DNA from: Alkalispirochaeta sp.
GTDB lineage: Bacteria; Spirochaetota; Spirochaetia; DSM-27196; Alkalispirochaetaceae
DNA length: 64,000 nt
Direction: 5' to 3'
NCBI GenBank assembly: GCA_965242725.1
Contig: CBDESZ010000020.1
Span: 1-64,000 of the forward strand
Part shown: positions 10,865 to 19,912 of the stretch, piece by piece
Layout of the letters: each line of letters opens with the position of its first letter
Numbering within the stretch: position 1 is the stretch's first letter
Translations under genes and position numbers: made by a program
The notes under the pieces: model-generated
What the model was told of the DNA's origin: nothing
What the model saw: only the letters and a program-made list of their open reading frames with translations
The model's database searches: none

Positions 10865-13800
10865 TACCCTGGGTACCGCTGTGGGTCTACAGCAATTACT
10901 CATTTCTCACCGGCGCCAGCCATCCGGAAGAACTGGTGAACGCCGCAATCGACGCAGGGCTGCCTGCAATGGCCATTACCGATCTCGACAGTTTTTCCGG
11001 GGTGGTACAGGCGTGGGATGCGGTGAAAACCTATCGGGAGGGATCGTCGTCGGAACGGCGGGCCGGGGCACCCTTTCAGTTCATCCCGGGCGCTCAGATT
11101 ACGGTTATTCCCGACACTGTCGGGTCCGTTCCCGCCGGATCTCCCCCGTCGATTCTTCTTTTTGCCCTCAATGAAGGGGGCTATGGCAACATGAGTGAAC
11201 TCATAACGCTGGGACGGCTGCGCGGACCGAAGGGGTACGGAGGAGTCACACCGGATGAGGTTGCCCGGTATGCCGGGGGAGTGGCGCTCATCTGGACCGA
11301 AGAGAGCGAGGGATTCGGTCCGGCGGCGAAATCACCTTGTCATCAGCAAGACGTGCCGGAGATGCGCGGTCTCATTGATGCATTTCCCGATCGCTGCTGG
11401 GTCGGTATCTCACGACACTTCCGTCCCGATGAACATATCCGGGAAGAGGTACTGTTGCGGACGGCCGAGCGCTTCCGTCTGCCCCTGGTTGCCGCACCGC
11501 GTATGTACTACCACACCGTCGAACGACGTCGCCTCCAGGATGCGATGACGTGCATCCGTCACGGTGTCACCATCGACGAGGCCGGTACAAGACTTCTCCC
11601 CAACGGCAGTTTCGGTATCGTATCCGCGGCGACGATGGCGCGACGGTACACAGACCATCCCGAGTGGTTAAGGGAAACGGCATCCCTCCCGGGACGGACA
11701 ACATTTGAGCTTTCCCAGTTGGAGTACCGTTATCCCGGTGTTCAGGGTGTGAACGGTGAGGATGAGGAACATCTTCTGTTCCGTCAGGTATGGGATGGAG
11801 CCCGTCGGCGATATCCCGACGGAGTGCCCTCTGAAGTAACGCGGCAGCTTGAGAAGGAGCTGTCTCTCATAACGGACCTGCGGTACGGCGGCTACTTTCT
11901 CACCATGGCGGAGATTGTCGATTTCTGTCGGGCACAGGGAATCCTGTGCCAGGGCCGCGGTTCTGCGGCAAATTCGGCAGTCTGTTTCTGCCTGGGCATC
12001 ACTGCCGTTGATCCGGTACGCATGGAACTGCTCTTTGAACGCTTCATTTCCCGGGAGCGGGCGGAACCGCCGGATATCGATCTGGATATCGAGCACCGAC
12101 GACGGGAAGAGGTCATTCAATATGTCTATCGCCGGTACGGGAGGGAATACGCCGCCATGATTTCCAATACCGTGCGGTTTCGCCGACGCTCCGCGGTACG
12201 GGAGCTGGGAAAGATCTTCGGATTTTCCGAAGTGAATCTCGACCAGGCGGCACGACAGGTGGGCCATCACGGCTATGAACTGAAAGAGGCGCTCGAGGCA
12301 AGCGGTTTTGACCTCGCTCAACGGCGGGTCGCCTGGTTTGCTGATCTGGCGGAGGAGATCGTCGACATGCCCCGTCATCTCTCCATCCATCCCGGAGGAT
12401 TTCTCCTTGGACGGGACCCGGTGGCCCGTATCGTACCGATGGAGAACGGTGCGATGGAGGATCGAACGGTCATTCAATGGGACAAGTATGCCGTGGAGAG
12501 TATGAACCTCTTCAAGCTGGATCTTCTCGGTCTTGGGGCACTGACACACCTTGACTACGCCTTCCGGCTGATGGCGGACCATCTTGGAGTAGACCTTTCC
12601 ATGGCGATGATTCCGCCGGACTGTTCCCGGACATTCGCCATGCTGTGGCGGGCCGACACGGTGGGGGTCTTTCAACTGGAGAGCAGGGCGCAAATGGCGA
12701 TGCTTCCCCGCATGCGTCCCCTGAAGTTCTACGATCTGGTGATTCAGATCAGCATCGTCCGTCCCGGTCCCATCACCGGCGGCATGGTACATCCCTATCT
12801 CCGTCGCCGTCACGGTGAGGAGCCGGTCTCGTATCCGCATTCCTCTCTCGAACCGATCCTGAAGCGGACGCTGGGTGTTCCTCTCTTCCAGGAGCAGGTG
12901 ATGAAGCTCGCCGTGGCGGCGGCACGGTATACCCCCGGTGAAGCTGATCAGTTGCGCAGAGATATGGCGGCGTGGCGCCATCATGGACGGATAGAGCAGC
13001 ACCACGATCGCATCACTCGACGAATGGTGGAAAACGGTATTGATGAGGAGTTTGCGGAACAGGTCTTTGAACAGATTCGGGGCTTTGGAGAGTACGGTTT
13101 TCCCGAAAGCCACGCCGCCAGCTTTGCCCTCATCGCGTATGCCACGGCATGGGTGCGCGCGCACTACCCGGTCATCTTCACATGCGCTCTTCTGAATGCA
13201 TGGCCCATGGGTTTTTACTCTCCATCAACTATCGTTCACGACGCCAGAGGAAAAGGGATTGAAGTGCGACGGGTCGATATTCTCCACAGCGAATGGGAGT
13301 GCACCCTGGAACGGCGGGAGTCCACAGGATACACCCGCGGCGATGTGAAGGTGCGACGGCACTCCGGCGACGATGTAGAGGCACGTCCACCGGGAGATAC
13401 GGGCACGAAAGACGCGCACCTCTGTGTGCGCCTGGGCTTTCGTTTCATTAAGGGACTCGGTATTTCCGACTGGGAACGAATACAGGCTGTTCGCGGCAGG
13501 CATGTACTTCACGGCGACGACAGTGACGGGATCGTGCGGTTTCTGCGTGCTCTCCGTCTTCATCGTGACCGGGCGATACGTCTCGCCGAAGCAGGCGCCT
13601 TTGACGGGATCGGCATAGACCGGCGACGGACGCTGTGGATGGCGATGGGAGCAGGCGATGCACAGAGGGACGAAGGAGACGACGACGGGATCGAGACTGA
13701 TTCGTTGATCCTTCACCCCTCATCGGTACCGGCCTTCGCTCACCTGGATCACTTTGAGCGCCTTGTGTGGGACTATCGAGCCGGTGGGCACAGCACCGAG

Positions 13801-14166
13801 TCCCATCCCATGGAACCCTATCGGCAGTGGCTCTCCCGCCGCTCCTATCCCGCCGCTGCCGATGTTCAGCGCGCTACCGACGGCGACTCCATTTCATATG
13901 TCGGAATGGTTATCTGCCGGCAGCGCCCGTCGACGGCCAGGGGCACCGTCTTTATGACACTTGAAGACGAGACCGGTTTTGTGAACCTCATCGTCTGGCG
14001 CCGCCGGTACGACCAGCTTCGATCAGTCCTGTTGACGACGACTATTCTTGGTGTTCGCGGTACACTACAGAAAAGCGACGGCGTGGTGCACCTCGTCGTC
14101 GATATGGTGTGGAAGCCGCGTCTTCCCTGTCCACACGGCATAGTGGAAAGCAGGGATTTTCGGTAA
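10852..14166 (+). CDS. dnaE2: Error-prone DNA polymerase DnaE2 (ImuC)
   Basis: SNYSFLTGASHPEEL, QGRGSAANS, PPDIDLDIEH, YGFPESHA, C-terminal SRDFR. Confidence 0.97.
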   Translation: MADLIPWVPLWVYSNYSFLTGASHPEELVNAAIDAGLPAMAITDLDSFSGVVQAWDAVKTYREGSSSERRAGAPFQFIPGAQITVIPDTVGSVPAGSPPSILLFALNEGGYGNMSELITLGRLRGPKGYGGVTPDEVARYAGGVALIWTEESEGFGPAAKSPCHQQDVPEMRGLIDAFPDRCWVGISRHFRPDEHIREEVLLRTAERFRLPLVAAPRMYYHTVERRRLQDAMTCIRHGVTIDEAGTRLLPNGSFGIVSAATMARRYTDHPEWLRETASLPGRTTFELSQLEYRYPGVQGVNGEDEEHLLFRQVWDGARRRYPDGVPSEVTRQLEKELSLITDLRYGGYFLTMAEIVDFCRAQGILCQGRGSAANSAVCFCLGITAVDPVRMELLFERFISRERAEPPDIDLDIEHRRREEVIQYVYRRYGREYAAMISNTVRFRRRSAVRELGKIFGFSEVNLDQAARQVGHHGYELKEALEASGFDLAQRRVAWFADLAEEIVDMPRHLSIHPGGFLLGRDPVARIVPMENGAMEDRTVIQWDKYAVESMNLFKLDLLGLGALTHLDYAFRLMADHLGVDLSMAMIPPDCSRTFAMLWRADTVGVFQLESRAQMAMLPRMRPLKFYDLVIQISIVRPGPITGGMVHPYLRRRHGEEPVSYPHSSLEPILKRTLGVPLFQEQVMKLAVAAARYTPGEADQLRRDMAAWRHHGRIEQHHDRITRRMVENGIDEEFAEQVFEQIRGFGEYGFPESHAASFALIAYATAWVRAHYPVIFTCALLNAWPMGFYSPSTIVHDARGKGIEVRRVDILHSEWECTLERRESTGYTRGDVKVRRHSGDDVEARPPGDTGTKDAHLCVRLGFRFIKGLGISDWERIQAVRGRHVLHGDDSDGIVRFLRALRLHRDRAIRLAEAGAFDGIGIDRRRTLWMAMGAGDAQRDEGDDDGIETDSLILHPSSVPAFAHLDHFERLVWDYRAGGHSTESHPMEPYRQWLSRRSYPAAADVQRATDGDSISYVGMVICRQRPSTARGTVFMTLEDETGFVNLIVWRRRYDQLRSVLLTTTILGVRGTLQKSDGVVHLVVDMVWKPRLPCPHGIVESRDFR

Positions 14167-14168
14167 TA

Positions 14169-15443
14169 TTCACAAGCGTGTTGAAAAAGCGATAGTAGTC
14201 ATTGGTGTGTAGGGAGTTATGACAGGAACCCAACTTTGCGGGTTCCCGATCCGTCCCCCGGAGGTATCCCTCATGCCCATTCCGACCCATTGTTCCAATC
14301 CTGCCTGTCGCCATTTCCACCATCCGCCGCCCCGTTGGCGCGTCCGCTTCGGCTCCTACGATACAGTGGCCCACGGAACCGTCCCGCGCTATCGCTGTAT
14401 CGCCTGCGGCAAGACCTTCAGTGATCAGACCGAATCCATGCACTACTACGCCAAACGACGCCTCCCCCTCAAGGCGATCTCCACCACCCTCACCGGCGGC
14501 GCCTCCATGCGCGAAGCGGCGACTCGCTATCACGTCTCTCCGGCAGCGATACGAAACGCCGTTCTGCGCCTCGGTCGTCAGGCAATGATCGGGCACATCC
14601 ATCTGCTGGATACCATGCCACCCCTCCGGAATGTCGTCTTCGACGGCCTGCGGTCATTCGTGACCTCCCAGGACTACCCCTGCGATATCACCACGGTGGT
14701 CAGTCGAACCGGTGAGATGATCCTGACCATGACCCATACCATCACCCGTCGGGGCGGTACCATGACATCCCGACAACGACGACGACGGCGACGAAAGTAC
14801 GCCGTATGGTCCCCGACGAAGGGGGCGGTGGGGAGCGCTATCTCTCTGTTGTGTCGTGAAATACTCGACTATGTCCGATATACCTGCACGGCACCGATTG
14901 TTATCGACACCGACGAACACCCGGTGTATCGATCGGTTCTCCGGTCGAACGACTGTTACCGGCATCTCCGGACGGCGGGGCAGCTGACGCATATCCGGAC
15001 CGCGGGGAGTGCCCCGCGGACGATGGAGAACCGGTTGTTTCCGGTAAACTATGTTGACCGGCTGTTGCGGCACCGGGAGAAGGAACATACCCGGGAGACG
15101 ATCGCCTTCGGGCGTCATGGAACGATCCAGATGCATCGGGCGTGGGTATTCGGGTGGAACCATAACTGCGTGCGGCCGTGGCGGGAGAAGCGGGCAGAGA
15201 TGGGAAGTCACGCCTCTGCGGCGGGGATCTCGTCGGAATTGATCCGCGGGTTGAATGAACGGTTCTATACCCGACGATACCGGGTGACCCGGCAGGCGAT
15301 ACCGGAATCGATCCGGGAGGTCTTTCTTGCACAGGTCGCGACGCCGCCGGTGCGGTGGAAGAAGGGGCAGAAAGGTACGACCGTCAGGGTTCCCGGGTAT
15401 GCGGCCCGGGATCTCCTGGCGGCCGTATCAACAGGCTTGTGAA
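14169..15443 (+). mobile_element. Insertion-sequence-like element (1275 bp) with 16-bp terminal inverted repeats and probable TA target duplication
   Basis: Left TTCACAAGCGTGTTGA (14169-14184) and right TCAACAGGCTTGTGAA (15428-15443) match at 15/16; TA at 14167-14168 and 15444-15445; single transposase ORF inside. Confidence 0.8.
14273..15442 (+). CDS. IS1-like transposase (zinc ribbon + HTH + atypical RNase H/DDE domain)
   Basis: CSNPAC and RYRCIACGKTF, HTH SMREAATRYHVSPAAI, VVFDGL, IDTDEHPVY, VNYVDRLLRH and RETIAFGR; GGAGG SD before ATG 14273 (alternative start 14219); stop lies in the right IR. Confidence 0.78.
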   Translation: MPIPTHCSNPACRHFHHPPPRWRVRFGSYDTVAHGTVPRYRCIACGKTFSDQTESMHYYAKRRLPLKAISTTLTGGASMREAATRYHVSPAAIRNAVLRLGRQAMIGHIHLLDTMPPLRNVVFDGLRSFVTSQDYPCDITTVVSRTGEMILTMTHTITRRGGTMTSRQRRRRRRKYAVWSPTKGAVGSAISLLCREILDYVRYTCTAPIVIDTDEHPVYRSVLRSNDCYRHLRTAGQLTHIRTAGSAPRTMENRLFPVNYVDRLLRHREKEHTRETIAFGRHGTIQMHRAWVFGWNHNCVRPWREKRAEMGSHASAAGISSELIRGLNERFYTRRYRVTRQAIPESIREVFLAQVATPPVRWKKGQKGTTVRVPGYAARDLLAAVSTGL

Positions 15444-15447
15444 TACT

Positions 15448-16278
15448 TCACAGATGTTGGCAGTGGGGGCAGATATGGGTACTCCGTTGTCCGACAACGA
15501 TACGTACAATCGGAGTAGTACACCGAGGACAGGAAGCTCCGGTACGCCCATAGACGGAAAGGTGTATCTGGTTTGTCGGCGGAAAAGCCCCGGAATGGGC
15601 GACAAAGTTCCCCTTTCCATTGCCGAGGCGTGTTCCGTAATTGCGGATGCCCTGAAAAAGGACGTATCGTATTGCTTCAAAGAGGTCGTCCGATTCATTT
15701 CTGGAGAGGGAAGTCGCCTCCCTCCCGGGATGAATGGCCGCGCGCCACAGCGCTTCGTCGGTGTAAATGTTGCCCATGCCTGCAATGACGCTCTGGTCGA
15801 GGAGAAGAGCTTTAATGCGCCTTCTTCGCACGGAAAGCGTCTCCCACAGAAAAAGAGGCGAAAACCCATCCGAAACGGGATCGACTCCCAACCGATCGAG
15901 GAGTGGATCGAGTGATTCGTGAAAGAGAAAGCGACCAAACTTGCGGGGATCGTAAAATCGGATCTCTCGAGAGTCATCAAGGGTCAACAGGACGCGCTCA
16001 TAGCCCGAGAGCGGCTCATCATCGGTGGCGACGTAAAGCCGTCCACTCATGCGTAAATGAATGGAGAGAGCCTGCACGGCTCCCAGACTGAGAAAAATGT
16101 ACTTTCCATGACGGCTGACAGCGGTGATACCCTTTCCAACCACCGCCGATCTGAAACGGTCAGGGTCACCGCCAACGGTATTTGCCCACCGTACCTCCAC
16201 GGCGGTGATGCGGCGTCCGACGATACCGTCCCCTTGAAGGACGGTAACCACCGTTTGGGCTTCGGGTAGTTCCGGCAT
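15448..16278 (-). CDS. mutM: Formamidopyrimidine-DNA glycosylase
   Basis: MPELPE, HLRMSG, DPRKFG, GMGNIYTDEAL, zinc finger CPRC and CPHCQ. Confidence 0.97.
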   Translation of the reverse strand: MPELPEAQTVVTVLQGDGIVGRRITAVEVRWANTVGGDPDRFRSAVVGKGITAVSRHGKYIFLSLGAVQALSIHLRMSGRLYVATDDEPLSGYERVLLTLDDSREIRFYDPRKFGRFLFHESLDPLLDRLGVDPVSDGFSPLFLWETLSVRRRRIKALLLDQSVIAGMGNIYTDEALWRAAIHPGREATSLSRNESDDLFEAIRYVLFQGIRNYGTRLGNGKGNFVAHSGAFPPTNQIHLSVYGRTGASCPRCTTPIVRIVVGQRSTHICPHCQHL

Positions 16279-16286
16279 CGATCCGC

Positions 16287-17150
16287 CTACCGGGGCATAA
16301 GGGTGGCGCGGTCCAGATCGGGGAACCAGTACTCCAGGAGGCGTTTCAGCGTTCCGTCGGCGATGATCGATTCCAGGGCGCGATCAATCGCTTCCTGCAA
16401 CTCCTCCCGTTCCATATCTATCGCAAACGCATATTCCTCCACAGCGTAGGGAGAGCCCGCTACCCGGAGTATGTCACGATATCGGGGATGGGAAAGGACA
16501 AAGTACTGAATGATCGCCGTATCGGCGACGACACCGCCGAGTTTCCCCTGGGCCAGGTCCTCCACCGCCAGCCCGAGGTCGTCGTAGGACCGAACCGTCA
16601 CATCCGGCGTTGCGGCCACGAGGCGTGAACCGGTCGTTCCAATCTGGGCACCCACATCCATGCCGGCCAGATCAGACAACGATCGGGCGTCGTCATTCTC
16701 CCGTGGAACAAGGAGAAACTGGGCGGCCCTGAAATACGGGCGGGAAAAACGCATGACCCGCTTTCGCTCTTCCAGGAGCGTCACCGATGAAGCGATCATT
16801 TCGTAGTGCCCCGCCATGAGGCCCGCAAAAATCCCGTCCCAGGGAACGGTGGTAAAGACGGGGTGAAAACCGCTGCGTCTGCCGATTTCCCGAAGTAAAT
16901 CGATATCGAAACCGACGAGTTCGCCTTCACGGTTGATGTACTCCATGGGAGGCCACGTCGAGTCGGTGGCGACCGAAACGACCGGCAGCGCCTCAAACGC
17001 CGACTCCTCGGCAGCACTCCACGACAGGGCTGACTGAGCATGTGCCGACTGAAGGGGAAACCCTGCGATCAGAAACACCCAAAGGATCAGGTTGGAACGA
17101 CAGAGAGACCTGCTGTTTCCGGACAATTGAACGAAACTCATCTGTTGCAC
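16287..17150 (-). CDS. Polar amino-acid ABC transporter substrate-binding protein
   Basis: DSTWPPMEY, GFDIDL, WDGIFAGL, FSRPY, GAQIGTTG. Confidence 0.92.
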   Translation of the reverse strand: MQQMSFVQLSGNSRSLCRSNLILWVFLIAGFPLQSAHAQSALSWSAAEESAFEALPVVSVATDSTWPPMEYINREGELVGFDIDLLREIGRRSGFHPVFTTVPWDGIFAGLMAGHYEMIASSVTLLEERKRVMRFSRPYFRAAQFLLVPRENDDARSLSDLAGMDVGAQIGTTGSRLVAATPDVTVRSYDDLGLAVEDLAQGKLGGVVADTAIIQYFVLSHPRYRDILRVAGSPYAVEEYAFAIDMEREELQEAIDRALESIIADGTLKRLLEYWFPDLDRATLMPR

Positions 17151-17162
17151 CGTATCAAAAGT

Positions 17163-19124
17163 TTACGATCGTTTCAGCACGGTGAGCATGTAAAGTTGCA
17201 GGTACGTCTCGAAGGGTTTTCTTCTGGTGATCCGATTGAAGGTTGTATCCCCGGCAATTCGTTTTGCCAGTTCCGTTATTGCACCACGGTCAGGCGGTTG
17301 CAGCGTCTTTACAAAGCTCGATCTTCGCAGAACGTCCCGGCAGAGGGAATTGACGTCTTCCGTCAGGTTGTCCCGTTTGACCGGGTCCAACAGAGGATTC
17401 CACTGATCCCGCAGCTTTTTCAGTTTCTGCTCCGCCGACTCGTCGCTGTTCACAAATTCTTTCTGGAGAGCACCGATCCGTTTCAGGAACTCCTGCCGTC
17501 GTTCCTCCCGGGGATTGTGATTGCTCCGTGACGACGGCTTCGCCTCCGATCGTTTCGTCTTTCCCCTGGCGTCGGCGGCACGCGCCGGTTTCTGCCTGGC
17601 TTTCGCGGTACCGGTCGTACCGGTGCTGAACATCTTCCGGAGAATTCGCACGATCCCGCGTACGACGGGAATGAGCATCCATATGGGCAGATGAAGCCGG
17701 GCATCACGATAAATTTCCTCCCGGTCGAGGCGCAGGATCTCCGTCCACGGTCGCATCCCCTTTTTTGTCGGATCGATAAGATCCATGGCGGAGGTCCGTT
17801 GTCCTTCCGGAAGTTCCTGGCCGTCGATAACGAGAAAGAGCGTCTGAAACGTACACAATCCGTACAGGAGGCCAAACTCGGCCTCCACCTTTTCTGCAAC
17901 AACCGCTTCAAACGCCTCGGCGTCTTCCAGCCACTTTTCCTTTTTCTCGGCCATCATCACGGTAAACATATCAGCCGAAAGTTCATTGGATATTACCGTC
18001 GCCGCAGCCTTGACGTGCCGAAGGAGGAGGGGGATGTACTGTCCGGTGTGAACCATAAGACCCGACTTTTCAGGGGTGTTTATCGTTACCAGTTCTGATA
18101 TCCGGCGTTCTCCCGGGCGTTTGAGCATTTCGTCAAGCCACGCATTGACCTCTTCCTTCCTGACCTTTTTGGTGAGGGGGATCCCCCGATCATCGGGAAG
18201 GGCATACACGTCCTGAACGGTAAAAACGTAGGGCGGCTTTTGCAGCGCGTTGGTTAGAAATCGGTGAATCTCCTCGCGCTTCTTGGACTGCTGGTGACGG
18301 CCCTTGTAAAAGACACTGTAATACCCGAGAAGAAACGACGCCTGACAGTATCCATGTTCGGGACGCAGCTTTTCCGTCTTCTGGGAAAATTCCTTGATAA
18401 TAAGGCTGGAAAACTGCGTCCAGAAGTGAAACTGAAACTCCGTCGGTTCCCGAATGGTCTTTATCGCTTCGTCTGGACGGCTATGTGCATTCTCAATGAG
18501 CTCCCGTACCATCATCTCCCGGTTTGCAAAAATCCCTCGCATTTTCGTTTCCATATAGCCGGCGTTCTGGCCGGTGCGCAAATAGTCGCGAATCTTGGAA
18601 ACTGAAAGGGCGAGCATCGTGTTCTTGAGGAGGGTTGTCGTCGTCACGACGTTGTACACGCCATAGGGAAATTTCAGAAGGAGAATCTCATCGATCTCTC
18701 CCTCGTCCCCCTCTATGTAGTGCATGAGATTTTCCGTTACCTCGACGGGCTGCATCTTTTCCGCAGGTATGGTGATGTCGAAACTATCTTCCCCGGGGAA
18801 GGGAAGATCCTTGCTGTCAAGCATCTTTTTATACCACCGGGTGATCTCGGTGGCGTAAAACGCAGCGTAGTATACGGAAGCTATTGAGCCGTCATCGTGG
18901 TGTTCCAGCTCAACCTTGCGCGCCGATTCCAGTTCAGACAGTGCCGCGGCGATGTCCGAATTGCTTTTCGGATCGAGAAGAGAGGCCATTTCCGGGCGCT
19001 CGTCGATGAAACGTTTTGCATAGCGTCGAACAAAGGTGAGAAAGTTGCCCCATGAAAAACGGGGGCTGCCGGTATGTTTCGCGTACGCGTGGAGAATTTT
19101 ATGAATATCCCGCACTAAAGCCAC
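17163..19124 (-). CDS. Hypothetical protein (about 653 aa, spirochaete-type)
   Basis: Long ORF with GGAGG SD 5 nt before GTG 19124; the upstream part of ORF 17163-19901 is antisense to the lipoprotein gene. Confidence 0.8.
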   Translation of the reverse strand: MALVRDIHKILHAYAKHTGSPRFSWGNFLTFVRRYAKRFIDERPEMASLLDPKSNSDIAAALSELESARKVELEHHDDGSIASVYYAAFYATEITRWYKKMLDSKDLPFPGEDSFDITIPAEKMQPVEVTENLMHYIEGDEGEIDEILLLKFPYGVYNVVTTTTLLKNTMLALSVSKIRDYLRTGQNAGYMETKMRGIFANREMMVRELIENAHSRPDEAIKTIREPTEFQFHFWTQFSSLIIKEFSQKTEKLRPEHGYCQASFLLGYYSVFYKGRHQQSKKREEIHRFLTNALQKPPYVFTVQDVYALPDDRGIPLTKKVRKEEVNAWLDEMLKRPGERRISELVTINTPEKSGLMVHTGQYIPLLLRHVKAAATVISNELSADMFTVMMAEKKEKWLEDAEAFEAVVAEKVEAEFGLLYGLCTFQTLFLVIDGQELPEGQRTSAMDLIDPTKKGMRPWTEILRLDREEIYRDARLHLPIWMLIPVVRGIVRILRKMFSTGTTGTAKARQKPARAADARGKTKRSEAKPSSRSNHNPREERRQEFLKRIGALQKEFVNSDESAEQKLKKLRDQWNPLLDPVKRDNLTEDVNSLCRDVLRRSSFVKTLQPPDRGAITELAKRIAGDTTFNRITRRKPFETYLQLYMLTVLKRS

Positions 19125-19211
19125 TTTTTCCTCCAGCCCCATTGTAGGAATTGGAGGGGGAGAGCGCAACATAAATTGACAGCTATTCATACACGCCGCT
19201 ACACTGTCTCT

Positions 19212-19883
19212 ATGAAGACGGCAATTTCCCTGTATCTCGGTGGGATGATTTTTCTGGTTACCTTCATGTCCGGGTGTGCCACCACCGATGATACCATCGG
19301 GGAAGACATATTGACGGTTCCTGAACAGGATGTTACCGAAGACGAGGAACAGCCTCAGGTCGATCCCGTCCCGGAGGAAACTCCCACGGCTGAAGAAGAG
19401 ACGCAAGAAGAGATCGAAGAAGAGACGGATGAGGAAGTTGCGCCGGTAGAGGAAACAGTCCCGCCGGACGTACAACCTGAAGGCGAGCAACCGGGACCGA
19501 TCGAGGTTTCCGAGGAACTCTATGACCAGACTTTCGCGGAGGTTGAAGCTACCATATCCGAGCTCAATGAGATCATCTCCGACCGCGATTTCAGGGAATG
19601 GCAAAGTTATCTTACCGACGACTATCGTCGCACCTATTCCGATCCGGACGTGCTGGAACAGAACTCTCAAAGCACTGTTCTCACGAGGAACAATATCACC
19701 CTCCGAACCCTTGAGGACTATTTCAATTTCGTCGTCGTCCCGAGTCGTTCCAATGCCCGCCTTGATGATCTGGTATTTCTCGACGAAGAGACGGTTGAAG
19801 CGATCATGGAGGTCGGCGAGCGCCGGTATCTCCTGTACCTGCTGAAAAAAACGGGTAATCGCTGGAAGATCGATACATTTTAA
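19212..19883 (+). CDS. Putative lipoprotein with acidic linker
   Basis: Signal peptide ending in lipobox-like MSGC; E/P-rich linker; C-terminal YFNFVVVPSRSNARLDD. Confidence 0.85.
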   Translation: MKTAISLYLGGMIFLVTFMSGCATTDDTIGEDILTVPEQDVTEDEEQPQVDPVPEETPTAEEETQEEIEEETDEEVAPVEETVPPDVQPEGEQPGPIEVSEELYDQTFAEVEATISELNEIISDRDFREWQSYLTDDYRRTYSDPDVLEQNSQSTVLTRNNITLRTLEDYFNFVVVPSRSNARLDDLVFLDEETVEAIMEVGERRYLLYLLKKTGNRWKIDTF

Positions 19884-19912
19884 GATATAGTCTTCGTACA
19901 TAAAAGGGAGCG

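Noticed and set aside
15437..15453. Rex-box-like TTGTGAA-TAC-TTCACAG
   Set aside because: The spacer is 3 rather than 4, it lies between convergent gene ends, and it is explained by the IS end plus the mutM stop region.
19125..19901. N-terminal extension making ORF 17163-19901 912 aa long
   Set aside because: It is antisense to the lipoprotein gene, and a GGAGG SD supports the start at GTG 19124.
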